From: Nemertoderma westbladi
Lineage: Eukaryota > Animalia > Xenacoelomorpha
Direction of reading: 5' to 3'
Assembly: GCA_032718475.1 (NCBI GenBank)
Contig: JAUCBJ010000603.1
Coordinates: 1-64,000 of the forward strand
Length of the DNA: 64,000 bases
Within the stretch, counting starts at the first letter, position 1. Each line of letters begins with the position of its first letter. This document shows, in pieces, positions 48,025-59,497 of this stretch. The position numbers and the translations under genes were made by a program. The notes beneath the pieces are model-generated. The model searched no databases and had not been told where the DNA came from. It saw nothing but the letters and a program-made list of their open reading frames with translations.

Positions 48025-48730
48025 CACTAACTCTTACTGGTAACGGTACTATACGTACCCTCCTACTAACTTCTCTACTAACTCCTACTACCGGTACTAC
48101 GTACCCTCTTACTAACTAGCTCTACAACTAACTCTTACTAACCGGTACTACGTACCCTCTTTCTAACTAGCTCTACAACTAACTCTTACTAACCGGTACT
48201 ACGTACCCTCTTACTAACTAACTAACTCCAACTAACTCTTACTAACTGGTACTACGTACCCTCTTACTAACTTCTAACTCCACTAACTCTTACTAACCGG
48301 TACTACATACCCTCTTACTAACTAACTAACTCCAACTAACGGTACTACGTACCCTCTTACTAACTTCTAACTCCACTAACTCTTACTAACCGGTACTACT
48401 TACCCTCTTACTAACTAACTAACTCCAACTAACGGTACTACGTACCCTCCTACTAACTAACTAACTCCAACTAACGGCACTATGTACCCTCTTACTAACT
48501 TCTAACTCCACTAACTCTTACTAACCGGTACTACGTACCCTCTTACTAACTAACTAACTCCAACTAACGGTACTACGTACCCACTTACTAACTTCTAATT
48601 CTTACTGACTTCTATCTGCCTACTTACTTACTGTGTACTTACTATGTACTACTTTCCTTTCTCTTTCTCTCTTTCTGACTAACTCCAACTAACGGTACTA
48701 CGTACCCTCTTACTAACTTCTAACTCCTAT
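48025..48730. repeat. Minisatellite (ACTAAC-CGGTACTACGTACCCTCTT, ~40-48 bp) between pol and the extra ORF of C
   Basis: Visible tandem array. Confidence 0.92.
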
Positions 48731-48840
48731 CTTTCCACCTATCCGGTCTTCTACCGATCGGACTCTTCTGTCTTCATCGGAGTAAGTGCCCACAACTCTC
48801 GCCAATCTCCATTGGTTGTTGATGATGGTATCGTCCGTGA

Positions 48841-51800
48841 TCACCCTCTGATCACCAGATCACCCTCTTTCAACTCCCTATTTGTATTTCTCCACTTGCT
48901 CCTCCTATGAAGCGTGGGTAGATATTCCTCGACCCACCTCCTCCAGTACTCCGCGCTTATCGCCTTAGCGACTTTCCAACTCTGTCGGGAGTCTATATTG
49001 TCTGGGTCTACACCCCGCATGTCGATTGTCGCCGGCCTCTCCATTAGAAAGTGACTGGGCGTCAGCACATCTAATGATTCTGGGTCATCATTTTCTGGAT
49101 ATAGCGGTCTGCTATTAATGATACCCTCGCACTTTGCTAGTACCGTCCTTAGTACGTCCTCTGTTACCATGTGGGTGTTCATCAACTTCGTCATCAGACG
49201 TTTGGAACTGCCCACGAGTCTCTCGACGCATCCTAGAGTATGCGGAGCATACGGCGTCCTCCTGTCCCACTTCACCTGTCGTCTTCTCATGGCTGCCCTG
49301 ACTTCCTCCCCTTCCAGGATGTCCAAGGCCTCTGCCATCTTGTTCTCCGCCCCCACAAAGTTGGTTCCGTTATCCGAGTATAATACTGCGATTGTCCCAC
49401 CTTTGCGGTTTCTGAACCTCTCTAGGGCATTGATGAATGCCGATGCGGTTGCGTCTTGGGCGTGTTCTATCCCTACCGCCCGCGTGTTATTACATACGAA
49501 GATAATGCCGTAGCGCTTCTCCGTGTGCCGCATCACCTTAATCTTTATCGGCCCGAACATATCTACACCGCAGTGTGTGAATGGCGGGTCATGCTGTCTT
49601 ACTCTATTGGCCGGTAGTGGCGCCATCTCCTGTATGGCTGGCTCCTTCTTCATCCTCCGGCAGGTCTGGCACTGCCCCACTACCGCCTTTACCTTCTTCC
49701 TTAACTGTTTGACCCAAAAGGTCCTCCGTATCTCCGTGAGGGTTCGGTTGGTGCCCCCATGCAGTATCGACTTGTGGGAGTCCCAGATGATCTGGTGCAC
49801 TATCGGCGATCTATTGGGGATGATGATTGGTTTTGGTGGAATGATGATGCTGTTATTGTTGAGCACCCTGGAGTTCTTTATTAAAATCCCATCGTCATTG
49901 AGTTGTTGCAACAGCGCGATCAGCTCGCTGTCCCGTCGGAGATGCTGTTGTTTACTGATGCGTTCCACCTCATCGCCGTAGTTTTTTCTTTGTTCGTAGT
50001 GGATGACGGCCTTGGCCGCCCCCTCCAGATCGACGTTTGGTTTCTTCTTGATGTCTTGGCCAACCCCCTTTAGGAAGTTCCCGAAGACTCTCCAGTACGC
50101 CACTAACTTCTTGGTCTTGTACCAACTTGAGCTGTAGCTGAGGAGTTTGTCCGTCGGGTTATCGCATAGTTCTTCCAGTTTTGGTTGCACGTCCCTTATC
50201 TCCCTCACCATCTGGCTATATATCTCCTCGCCTTCTGAGTCTCCTCCCTCCTCCTCTAGTGCTACTTCCTCTGAGCCCGGGTCCTCCTTCTTCATCGGTG
50301 GCCAGGCTCTCCTGTCGTTCAGGAATTGTGGCCCGTGCTGCCACAATACTTCCTTCTTCAAGAAAGTGTGGCGTGCCACGCCCCTCGATAACAAGTCCGC
50401 TGGGTTCTCGTCCGTTGGGCAGTAGTGCCACCTTTCCAACTCCGTCATCGCTCTTATTTCGTCCACCCTATTTGCGGCGAATATAGGGTATCTCGTCCTT
50501 TCATTGTGTAGCCAACCAAGCACTACCATGGAGTCCGTCCAGTAGTGTGTTTCCACTATGTTGGGAATGGTATCCATCAGATAGGCTGTGGCTCTTACTC
50601 CTAATCTCGCAGCTGTCAACTCGAGTTTCGGGACTGATGCTGAATCCGGTGGCGTTGACTTCGCTTTGCTGAATGCGAGTCTGGGCTTATGAGCCCCCTC
50701 TTGTTGTACTAGGTAGAGTGCCGCTCCGTATGCCTCCAATGATGCATCGGAGAACATGTGTAGGTCCAGATTCGTCATGTCCCCATCCGGGAAATACACG
50801 CGTGGCATGCTGTATATCCCCATCTGTTCTAAACTCTCTGTCCACTTGCACCACTGCTTGCTGATCTCTTCCGGTACTTCTGTATCCCACTCGTCCTTTA
50901 GTTTGTATACTTTCTTAAGTATCTGTTTCCCCGTGACTAATAATGGGGATGCTAGGCCTAGGGGATCATATATCCTCGCTATGTATGACACATAGCCCCT
51001 CTTTGTGTGGATGTCTGCGCCCTCCTGGCTCAATTGGTACTTCAATTCGTCTGTCTCTCGGTTCCACACGATCCCTAGTGCCTTCTGTTGGGACTCTATC
51101 CTCTTGTTCGCCATGTCCTGTCCCTTGGCTGTCGTGGGATTATCCATGGTCGCTTCTGGCCTCCTGTCCTCTATGGCTTTGATAAATTCTTCCGAACTGG
51201 ATTGGAACTTGGTCAGGTTGAACCCGGATCCTTTTAGGATGTCGCGAACCTCGCGCCCCGTATCCAGTAGTTCTTTAACCGTATTTCCAGACTCCATTCC
51301 GTCATCTACATAGAAGCCGCGTCGAATCATATCGACGGCTTTAGCGCTGTATCTCTCCTCTTTACCCTCTACTGTGTTTCTTACAGCCACAGTCGTCGTG
51401 AATGAGGACGACTTGGCACCCATATTCTGCACCACCATCTTGTACATCGGTATTGTCAACGGTTCCTCGTCGCCGTTGTACCATAGGAAGCGCTGACTGT
51501 CGCTATCCTCTTCCGTTACACGGACTTGGTTGAACATGCCTTCGATGTCGCAAGTGAAGGCGTGCTTCCCGTTTCTGAATCTGAGTAAGACCTCGATCCC
51601 TGAGTAATAGATGTTGGGACCCTCCAACAGATAATCGTTTAGGCATTTGCCGTTGGTTTTAGCCGATGCGTCAACTACCATCCGCAGTTTACCTTTCTTC
51701 GGATCTAGAGCCACGTGAAGTGGCAGGTAATAGGTCCTGTCCGTGTTCGGTTCATCGACCGGTAACTCCACGGCCCATCCTTTCTCAACATACTTCCTAA

Positions 51801-53946
51801 TTGTCTTATGAATGTACTCATTCTTTTCGAGGCTCCGCTTTAGCGTTTGCTTCAACTTACGAAGCCTCGTGAGTACCATTCCTTTATTGTCGGGTAGCGG
51901 TAGCTTCGGTAGTTTCCATACCATCCCTATGGTATACCGCCCCTCATCGCATGTCATCGATTCCTTTACGCTTTGTAAAGCCTGCTTATCCTCCACCGAG
52001 GTTCCGACCTCGGTCTCTTTCAATCCCTCAAAATCTTGTCTAAGCAGTCTCCTGAGCTGCTCCTCCACTCCTTCGTCTTCCATCTCCCGCATAGTTCCTG
52101 CGAACATGCACCCTGATGTCTCCGACATCCTAAACGGTATTTTGCTTCTAATTGGGCCGCTCAGCGTCCACCCAAATGGTGTCAAGATCGCCACCGGGTC
52201 ACACTGCCTGTCTTCGCCGAAGACCGTTTGCATTCTCTCGTGGGCCGTCGGGCAGTCCATTCCTACTATAATGGATACCTTCCTAACGTCCACCTCTGGG
52301 ATTGAGAAGTCGATACAGTCCAGGAATTTATATTGTTCGACCTCGATGTTGGTTGGTCGCCTGGCGTTGATATTTATCGACTCTATCACCTGGATGGGGT
52401 TGATCGTCGTCCCATAATCGCATCCCGGTGCTATCGCTGCTATCCCGCACCATCCAGTCCTCATCTCCAGGACCTCATCTTTGCTGGAGATGGTTGTCAC
52501 TGCCATCCTACTTGGCCTCGTCCTCAATCCTATTTCTTCGGCCACCCAATTCTCGACCAACGTGAAGGCTGCTCCACTGTCGACCAGCATCAGCGTGGTT
52601 ACTGATCGATCGCCTTCCCCAATCACCCGCACTGGTACTACCCCGAGTAGTGCCATTCCTCTCTTCTTTGCTCCTACGGTGCTTGTTGCCATCGTCTGTC
52701 CTCTGGCTTGACCAAACTTAATTGGCGTCTCCTTGCATTGGTTGGCTCGATGTCCACCCGTCACACATCGAGAACAAACTTCGTTCCTCCTCGCATATTC
52801 TGTCTGATCTTCTCTGGGTAGTGCTTGCCAATATCTGCAATTCATCGTCTGATGAAGTGCGTTCGTGTGCAATTGGCACTTATTGTTTGGGTTGTAGCCA
52901 TCCTTGTATAGTGCGCTATGTATCGCACTTGCATTCGTACCTAGGACCCTACTGTTCTTATTACTTGGGTTCGGCCTACCGGGCGTGTTAGGGTTATGTT
53001 TATTTGTGTTGTTATTTTTCCCTTGTCCGCTCCATGGTGCAGCCTTACCCCCGGCTATATGTGGACTAGCAGTCCGCTGCGTCGCTGCGTATGGCAGCGA
53101 TTGTCTGAGCTTTGGCAATGCATTCGCCGTGTTGTGTTCTGGTTTCGGCCTATGGTATTCGGTCTTTGGTCCCTTTCCCAGGCTATCCTCGCTATAGATT
53201 GGGTCTGTTATGAGTTCGGCTTCGTAGTTAAGGAAGCTCGACATTTCTTCTAGACCCGGTTCCGCACCCTTCCTATCTCGAGTGGAGAAAGCGATTTTTC
53301 TCCACTTATTGCGCAGCCAAATCGGTAGTGCCTGCGCTATCGTGGTGATGTTATTAGATGCGTTGAGTTCGTATGGCGCATCCAGCATCTTTAACACGAT
53401 TAGCGCTTTCTCGACTTTATTCGCAAATGTCTTTATGCTAATGGGATTATCCTGTAGGCCACCCGATGTTATACCTCTCAGGGTCTGCCGGATGATCTTG
53501 GCCGGGTGCCCGTACTCCCTGTCTAGTGCCCGCCATGCTGTCGTGAAGCCACCCTCGATGCCCTGGTGCTGCCTCACGATGTCGTATGCTGGGCCTCCTG
53601 TATACACCTGTAAATATTTTAGGCACTCCGCCTGCGTCAAGTTCTTTGTTAATATTTCATTGCTATACATGTGCCGAAACTGCAGGTATTCTTCCGGCCT
53701 ACTTCCATCGAATTTAAATGGTTCTATGGGTGGTAACTCGATCATGGTTTTTAATGCATCGATCAATGTAGCCATTCCCATCGCTTGTGCTTCCAATGGG
53801 TTCGATGGATGTTGTATAGATTCTCCTGTTGGGTGCGGTCCGCCCATCCTATCTGCTGTCTTTCTTTGCGTCGGATATATCATAGGGGGTAGCGGCCCCC
53901 TCCATATTTCGGTGTCGCATGATCTGCTCTCGTCCAGGGGGTTCAA
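48841..53946 (-). CDS. gag-pol: BEL/Pao Gag-PR-RT-RNase H-integrase polyprotein (C-terminal tip frameshifted, continuing to ~48745)
   Basis: KFDGSRPEEY, LVDSGA, CDIEGMFNQV, YVDD, LHMFSDAS, WTDS, NPADLLSRG, H-H-C-C motif, GVDMFGP / SDNG / VER, RSKW. Confidence 0.95.
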   Translation of the reverse strand: MNPLDESRSCDTEIWRGPLPPMIYPTQRKTADRMGGPHPTGESIQHPSNPLEAQAMGMATLIDALKTMIELPPIEPFKFDGSRPEEYLQFRHMYSNEILTKNLTQAECLKYLQVYTGGPAYDIVRQHQGIEGGFTTAWRALDREYGHPAKIIRQTLRGITSGGLQDNPISIKTFANKVEKALIVLKMLDAPYELNASNNITTIAQALPIWLRNKWRKIAFSTRDRKGAEPGLEEMSSFLNYEAELITDPIYSEDSLGKGPKTEYHRPKPEHNTANALPKLRQSLPYAATQRTASPHIAGGKAAPWSGQGKNNNTNKHNPNTPGRPNPSNKNSRVLGTNASAIHSALYKDGYNPNNKCQLHTNALHQTMNCRYWQALPREDQTEYARRNEVCSRCVTGGHRANQCKETPIKFGQARGQTMATSTVGAKKRGMALLGVVPVRVIGEGDRSVTTLMLVDSGAAFTLVENWVAEEIGLRTRPSRMAVTTISSKDEVLEMRTGWCGIAAIAPGCDYGTTINPIQVIESININARRPTNIEVEQYKFLDCIDFSIPEVDVRKVSIIVGMDCPTAHERMQTVFGEDRQCDPVAILTPFGWTLSGPIRSKIPFRMSETSGCMFAGTMREMEDEGVEEQLRRLLRQDFEGLKETEVGTSVEDKQALQSVKESMTCDEGRYTIGMVWKLPKLPLPDNKGMVLTRLRKLKQTLKRSLEKNEYIHKTIRKYVEKGWAVELPVDEPNTDRTYYLPLHVALDPKKGKLRMVVDASAKTNGKCLNDYLLEGPNIYYSGIEVLLRFRNGKHAFTCDIEGMFNQVRVTEEDSDSQRFLWYNGDEEPLTIPMYKMVVQNMGAKSSSFTTTVAVRNTVEGKEERYSAKAVDMIRRGFYVDDGMESGNTVKELLDTGREVRDILKGSGFNLTKFQSSSEEFIKAIEDRRPEATMDNPTTAKGQDMANKRIESQQKALGIVWNRETDELKYQLSQEGADIHTKRGYVSYIARIYDPLGLASPLLVTGKQILKKVYKLKDEWDTEVPEEISKQWCKWTESLEQMGIYSMPRVYFPDGDMTNLDLHMFSDASLEAYGAALYLVQQEGAHKPRLAFSKAKSTPPDSASVPKLELTAARLGVRATAYLMDTIPNIVETHYWTDSMVVLGWLHNERTRYPIFAANRVDEIRAMTELERWHYCPTDENPADLLSRGVARHTFLKKEVLWQHGPQFLNDRRAWPPMKKEDPGSEEVALEEEGGDSEGEEIYSQMVREIRDVQPKLEELCDNPTDKLLSYSSSWYKTKKLVAYWRVFGNFLKGVGQDIKKKPNVDLEGAAKAVIHYEQRKNYGDEVERISKQQHLRRDSELIALLQQLNDDGILIKNSRVLNNNSIIIPPKPIIIPNRSPIVHQIIWDSHKSILHGGTNRTLTEIRRTFWVKQLRKKVKAVVGQCQTCRRMKKEPAIQEMAPLPANRVRQHDPPFTHCGVDMFGPIKIKVMRHTEKRYGIIFVCNNTRAVGIEHAQDATASAFINALERFRNRKGGTIAVLYSDNGTNFVGAENKMAEALDILEGEEVRAAMRRRQVKWDRRTPYAPHTLGCVERLVGSSKRLMTKLMNTHMVTEDVLRTVLAKCEGIINSRPLYPENDDPESLDVLTPSHFLMERPATIDMRGVDPDNIDSRQSWKVAKAISAEYWRRWVEEYLPTLHRRSKWRNTNRELKEGDLVIRG

Positions 53947-56877
53947 TGTTCTTGTTCCTATTGGAGTATATTGTTGATATTGCGATGGGGGAATGTCACC
54001 CTGTCCCCCCCCCCACCGGTGTATTTGATACTGGGGTTGATGTTAATATATTGGGGGCCATGCACCTATCCGCAATAACTCTTCCCTCCCCTGGATATAT
54101 GTTATGCCCTTGCATGCTGTAGTCATACTGCTGTGCTGGTACCGGTATAGGCCTATCCACTTCTGGCCTACCTACCGGTATATACTCCGCGACTTCCGGG
54201 TTTAATCCCGCCATCCGTGCTACCCTATCACCTACGTTATCTCTTCCAGCATGGCCTATAGTATGTGCAGTAAGGCCTACAGTATGTCCTGCAATCTGTA
54301 TGTGTCACTCGGGATCGAAGTTTAACCTTCTCGAATAATCCTCCCCGGAGCTACCGTATTCTCGATCAGCAGGTATATCCCGTCGGGAAGTTTCTCTTCG
54401 ATCCCCTCTACTGCTCTCGTCCTCGTACCGGTACACCCTGTACCCCTCTCTTGGCGTGTAGTACGCCTCGTCAGGTCGCATCTCCCCGGGACGACGGCAA
54501 TCTCCCAGAGTTCGACCCCACTGACTCTCCGTCTCCATCTCTACTACCGACAGCTCGCTATCCGTCCTCGCTCTCCTGTCGTTCGCGACGACACTTCTTC
54601 TACTCTCTTCCCTTCTTCTCTCTGCAGTACAGTATCCCCGCTTGTGAGATCTCTCGTCGACCTCCCGGTTAAACTCCACTGTTCTTCTTCCCTCTTCTGA
54701 TTGGGCTCGATGTCTCGTCGCTCGCCCTCTCGCGACGTCAACCTGTCTCTCTCTGCTCGATCGCACGCCGCTGGGGATACTCGTAATCCCCCTACTATTC
54801 TCCATCGCCGGGTGCTGCGGTTCACCTAATTCGCCCCGCGCATTATCCGCCGACGCCTGTGGGGTACTCCCTGCCCCCCCCCCCTCTCGCCGCTAATCCC
54901 TCATTGTGGGGCTCCTGCAGCCCCCCCCCCCCCCCACTCGCCACCTATCACTTCTCTATCTCTTACTTCACTTCTACGCCCCTCTCTAGTCGACGCACTA
55001 ACTCTACCGCGACTGGGTCTATTCACCCCCGCCTCTCCCTCTGTCACTGTGTTGCCTGGTAGGCTCCCGTCGGGTTGACTCAACCCCGCTACTCCCTGCG
55101 CACTAACTACGTGGCCTACCAGGCCCCTGTCGGGCTCTCTCACCCCTGCCACCTCCTGCCTACTGATTACGTGGCCTACCAGGCTCTCATTGGGGTTTCT
55201 CACCCCCGTTACTCCCTGCCTACTGACTACGTGGCCTACCAGGCTCTCATTGGGGTTTCTCACCCCCGTTACTCCCTGCCTACTGACTACGTGGCCTACC
55301 AGGCTCTCATTTGCCGGGCCACCTGCGTCCGCCACGTTTATATTAATCTTCTATATCTTCTTTATCTAATATTCTTATCTTCTAAATCAATTAAATTATT
55401 TTGCACACCTAAATTAGAAACGAGATTATTTTGGTCGTTTGAATTAAGATTGTTATTTGAATTATTTTGCGTAATTATATTATTTGAATTATTTTGTATA
55501 TTCGGATTTAAATTATTATTTAAATTATTCGAATTATTTTGTAAATTTATATTAGGGTCGTTCGGATTTAAATTACTACCATCGGGCAAAATATTATTTC
55601 CTGCAATGAAAGTTTGGTTAGGATTATCCACTACGGTACTATTAATATTAACGTCCTCTGCTGTATTATTATTATTACCCCCCCCCCCCCCCCCCCGCCC
55701 GTACGGTCACACCAGTCTTGGGTCTGTCATCCGGTCCCTGTAAGTGGGATATTGATAAATGTTTCCATAACTTCTGGCTCCTCGTAAACACTACCCGAGC
55801 CAGCCTCGCTCTCTGACAATCCCATCTGCGCCAGTTCCAGTCGGCGCTTCTGTTTGGCCTGATATTGCATAAGCCCCCTTAGCCGGGCATGCATATCATC
55901 CCGCACACGTTTTCCCGCTCTCTCCCTCTCCCTATCCTCTCGTAAACTCTGATAGGCTAACTCTGCCTCTCTCGCAATCCTCTCAAGCCGTCTTGCCTCA
56001 CGCTCTTTTCGCTCACCCTCTTCTCTCGCCTCCCTCGCCGCCTTGCGCTCTTTATGTTCACTCTGCTCTCTTGCCTCACTCGCCTCCCTCGCCGCCTCAC
56101 GCTCTTTACGTTCACTCTGCTCTCTCGCCTCACTCGCCTCCCTCGCCGCCTCACGCTCCTCTCGCTCCTTCCTTTCCCTCGTTTCTATCTCCTCACACTC
56201 CCTAAAATTTCTCGCGACCCTCTCGGCTCGGCCTTCTCTTTGTTCTCTCTAGCCAGTTCTCTCTCCCTTTCCAATAACGCAGTTCCCTCCTCCAACTCCC
56301 TCTCCAACTCCTTTTGGTCTAACGCCACTATATCGAGCTGGCACGCCAGATCGATTTCTAACACCCTTCTTACTTTTGCAGAGGATGTAGCAGACTTGTC
56401 GGTTGCGACGGACTCCCGTCGCCTCCCCGTCCTACTAACTTTCCCCCTCTTTCTGGGGTTCTCAGCGACCGACGAGACCGAATCCTCGGGGTTAACCTCA
56501 GATTCTCGCTCGTGCGGTCCCGCCCAACCCACTAACTTAATTCCCCTGGCATCCACTAAGTATGGCCCTATGTACACTACACCAGGCTCCATACCCCTAG
56601 ACTGCCACAACTCGAACAGTTCGGTGGCGACCCCTCTCGCTCTTTCACCCGCCAACTCTCCTTGCCCAAAGCGAACTAGATAGTTAAAATGTTTGTTCGA
56701 CTCACCTAGTCGCTGATCTAGTTTCACCTGGTCTAGTTTTGCTCCCTCTTTAGCTTCCTTCATCTGCTTCCTCGTCGCGTTGTAGGCCCGTCGGAGCCGG
56801 TCGCTAACTCCGACGTCCTCGTCGCCGACATCCCCTCTTTCTCTCCATGTTCGGCGTCGTACCGGCGGCCCCACCAT
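53947..56877 (-). pseudogene. Long low-complexity/coiled-coil N-terminal Gag extension of C, broken by frameshifts
   Basis: Consecutive ORF pieces (56185-56877, 55362-55631, 54901-55335, 54305-54805, 53996-54214); several breaks lie near C homopolymers; 60-bp and 48-bp coding repeats. Confidence 0.65.
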
Positions 56878-57303
56878 CGCCGTTCCGGTAGGCCGTCCGT
56901 CGCCCTCGGCCTGTGGCTGGCCGGCGACATTGGTACATCGTACGCCCTCGTGCGTCGACTCTTCCTCCCTCTCTGGTAGATGGCCGCCCTCCGCCTGGGC
57001 TATCGGGTCATTCGTGGTCGACGATCCCGGCGTCGTGGGTCGATACCGTCGCGTCGCGGCCTCGCAGATCGTTTAGTCCGTATCGTCCGGGGTCCGTGGC
57101 GGTGTCGTTTCTCCTTCTTGGCTCATCTTTTATCGGTGGCTGGCAGTCACAGTTTTGATAGTAGGGTGGATGGGTAATTCTATTACTGTGACGGGATCAG
57201 TGGATCCCAACCGGTATGTGGTTTATGTACGCGTCCCCGCCGTGTGAATGAAAAAGGGTTTGTTGTTGTTCCGATAATGTTGATGAATATAAAATATAGT
57301 ATA

Positions 57304-57568
57304 CTAGCAGGCAATACCCGAGGCATGTTACCCAGTATTTCCCGCTACCAGCATATGCCTACTGGAGTACTGATACCGGTATAGGCCTACTGACGTACCG
57401 GTACCCAGTACTGGTACCGAACGTGAATTATACTTTTCGAAGAGTGGCCTATAACGACCGCTGGTTAAAGTTATACACACATGCCAAGTCCCAGCGCAAT
57501 CCTTCTGCCCGTTTTGGAGGAGTTCGAACACAGAGAGAGAGAGAGAATTTGATTTTTATAGGTATAGA
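57304..57568 (-). mobile_element. Non-autonomous Helitron-like element (265 bp) in the 5' LTR of C
   Basis: Minus strand runs 5'-TC...CTAG-3', inserted between A and T with no TSD. Removing it exactly restores TATAGTATATAATGAGC, as seen in the other LTR. Confidence 0.88.
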
Positions 57569-58026
57569 TAATGAGCAAACAGATAGCACAGTTGAAGTAC
57601 AGAATGATCGGTAATATTGAATGTGATGGTGATGGCGGTTATGGTAATAGAATGTTACCGTACTGCCCTAACTGACTGAGCAACTGAGTAAACTGAATGT
57701 GTGATGAAACACCGACCGGTAATATACTACACTACATTGGCCTGTTACTTAGCTGATGCCTTCCTGTCCCCCCATTGGTTGATAACCCAATTCTCGGCTC
57801 CCACCTCTGTGGGAGTGTTTCCCCCTGGTTACTGTTACTTTCTCTCTCCCGGAGGCTTAACCTCTGACCTCCATTGTATACGGCCGTTTGGGGGTTCGTT
57901 GCCCCCGTTTATTGGGGGTGGTACGAGGTTGATTGGCAATCAACCTCGTGCTTCCCAATATTGCTCAAAGGCGCCGTCTCCCAACTTTATGGGGTGGTTA
58001 GCGGAATTGAATCCGCTAACAATTGT

Positions 58027-58596
58027 TTTTTTATATTTACTACTTTATCTTCCAAACCCTCAACTGGTCCACGGACCTGGATATATTTTGGGCCAACTGC
58101 CTGAGCAGCTTGCCCATCTCCCACCGCCCTTGCTCCATCCACTCAACCGCTGGTGTGGGAGATGCCAACGGAGTGGCTGGACGGCCCATCGGGCGATGGG
58201 GGACGACCCTTGCCCGAATGATTTATATTCATCGGGCTTACCGCCAACCTGTGATTCAGGGATTTGGCTACTGGTGAAGGGAGTATTTGTACTTCCTAAA
58301 GGAAATCTAGAATCGGGTTCGAACAGTAAGGGAGCCTCCACTAATGGGGTAGACCACCTAGTTATCTCAGGCTCGTCTAGAATAGTGGGAAGCCTATCAG
58401 ATTCGAATACTTGGGTGATTAACTCGGCAGATTTTAAATCTGTGCTCGCCAGTTCTCTTCTCACCGGAGGGGGCAAGTTGGGCAACTTGCGTCCTATGGG
58501 AGCTTGTCTACATCCATTTGAGGTGGATTTGTAACTCCTACATTCTGATTCTGTCGTCGTACCTTCATCTGAGGTGGTAATATTTGACTGAGAAGG
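58027..58596 (-). pseudogene. gag: B gag N-terminal fragment
   Basis: LPPPVRRELASTDL...DRLPTILDEPEI matches A Gag LPPTVRKQLASTDL...DRLPTIVDEPEI. Confidence 0.85.
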
Positions 58597-59176
58597 CTGT
58601 TATTTGAGCTAGGCAATTGTGACTAGTCTTCCCCTCCGCTTACCTCAGTAATCAAGAAAGCCAAGAGAGTTACCGGTTATTCGTAAGTATTCTCCAAACA
58701 TTAGCATTAATCAAATAGGTTACAAACCACAATATATTATAACAGCATAAAACAGTATATAGTATGTAGTGGCAGCAGTGTCAACAGTCAAACAGTGCAA
58801 GTTTGATTATCAGTGAGAGCAAGTAAGTAAGTTATTAGATTGGCGTTCTATGATCTCTCTGGCAGCTGATGTTTCTGGGCAAAGTCAGAAAGTCCGAGTG
58901 TGTCAGGAAGTCACAGGCAGTGAAGATTTGCCGTATTGCGTCATTTTATGTATATCACAAAGGCAGGAAATCGAAAATCGCGCTGATTGGCCGAAATATA
59001 ACATGAGCTCTATGCATAAATAAACAGCTGGCAGATTTCGTCATTTGCAACTCAAAACCAAAACAGACGCTAGAGGGCATAAGCCTATAAATTCTATAGT
59101 GCTATAAAATAATGCTGGCACTTTTAGAGTAGTTCGCGAATTGCACAAAAACATTTTTGCCGCAAAAGCTTTAACA
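58597..59176 (-). repeat. Remaining half of the 5' LTR of B
   Basis: Matches 32327-32888; the leader and PBS are deleted. Confidence 0.9.
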
Positions 59177-59373
59177 CATATGCTAAGGCTTCGCTCACTT
59201 CGTGGCACGCCCCACAATAAATTAATTAGCTGCGTAGCAGTACAAATACATTGGTTTATGATTAAAGTTGATTAGCATTGTATTCACTAACATTTATCAA
59301 TAATGAAAATTAGATACCCAAAATTAGTAAAGAATTAATTGTTGTTAATATCTATGGAACATGTTTTCCTATT

Positions 59374-59497
59374 TTGAGGATCTAACTACAGCTTGGAAGG
59401 AGAGAGATAAACTTGGGTTTGTTTGCAGTAGGACGTTGAGGATCTAACTACAGTTTGGAAGGAGAGAGATAAACTTGGGTTTGTTTGCAGTAGGACG
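59374..59497. repeat. ~62-bp tandem duplication
   Basis: TTGAGGATCTAACTACAG...GCAGTAGGACG occurs twice. Confidence 0.9.

Larger units (their letters stand above)
43678..58021 (-). mobile_element. BEL/Pao LTR retrotransposon C (family distant from A and B) with an extra 3' ORF
   Basis: 570-bp LTRs at 43678-44247 and 57187-58021 (the latter plus a 265-bp insert). TSD ATTGT at 43673-43677 and 58022-58026. PPT GAGGGGGAG at 44256-44248. Confidence 0.95.
31840..59176 (-). mobile_element. BEL/Pao LTR retrotransposon B (sister family of A), decayed, hosting nested Gypsy and BEL C
   Basis: Termini TGTTCGCGCTTTTAGACC and AAAAGCTTTAACA resemble A. TSD CATAT at 31835-31839 and 59177-59181. Gag-pol fragments are colinear with A. 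Confidence 0.9.

Noticed and set aside
49118-53977. Numerous + strand ORFs
   Set aside because: Antisense shadows of the gag-pol ORF of element C
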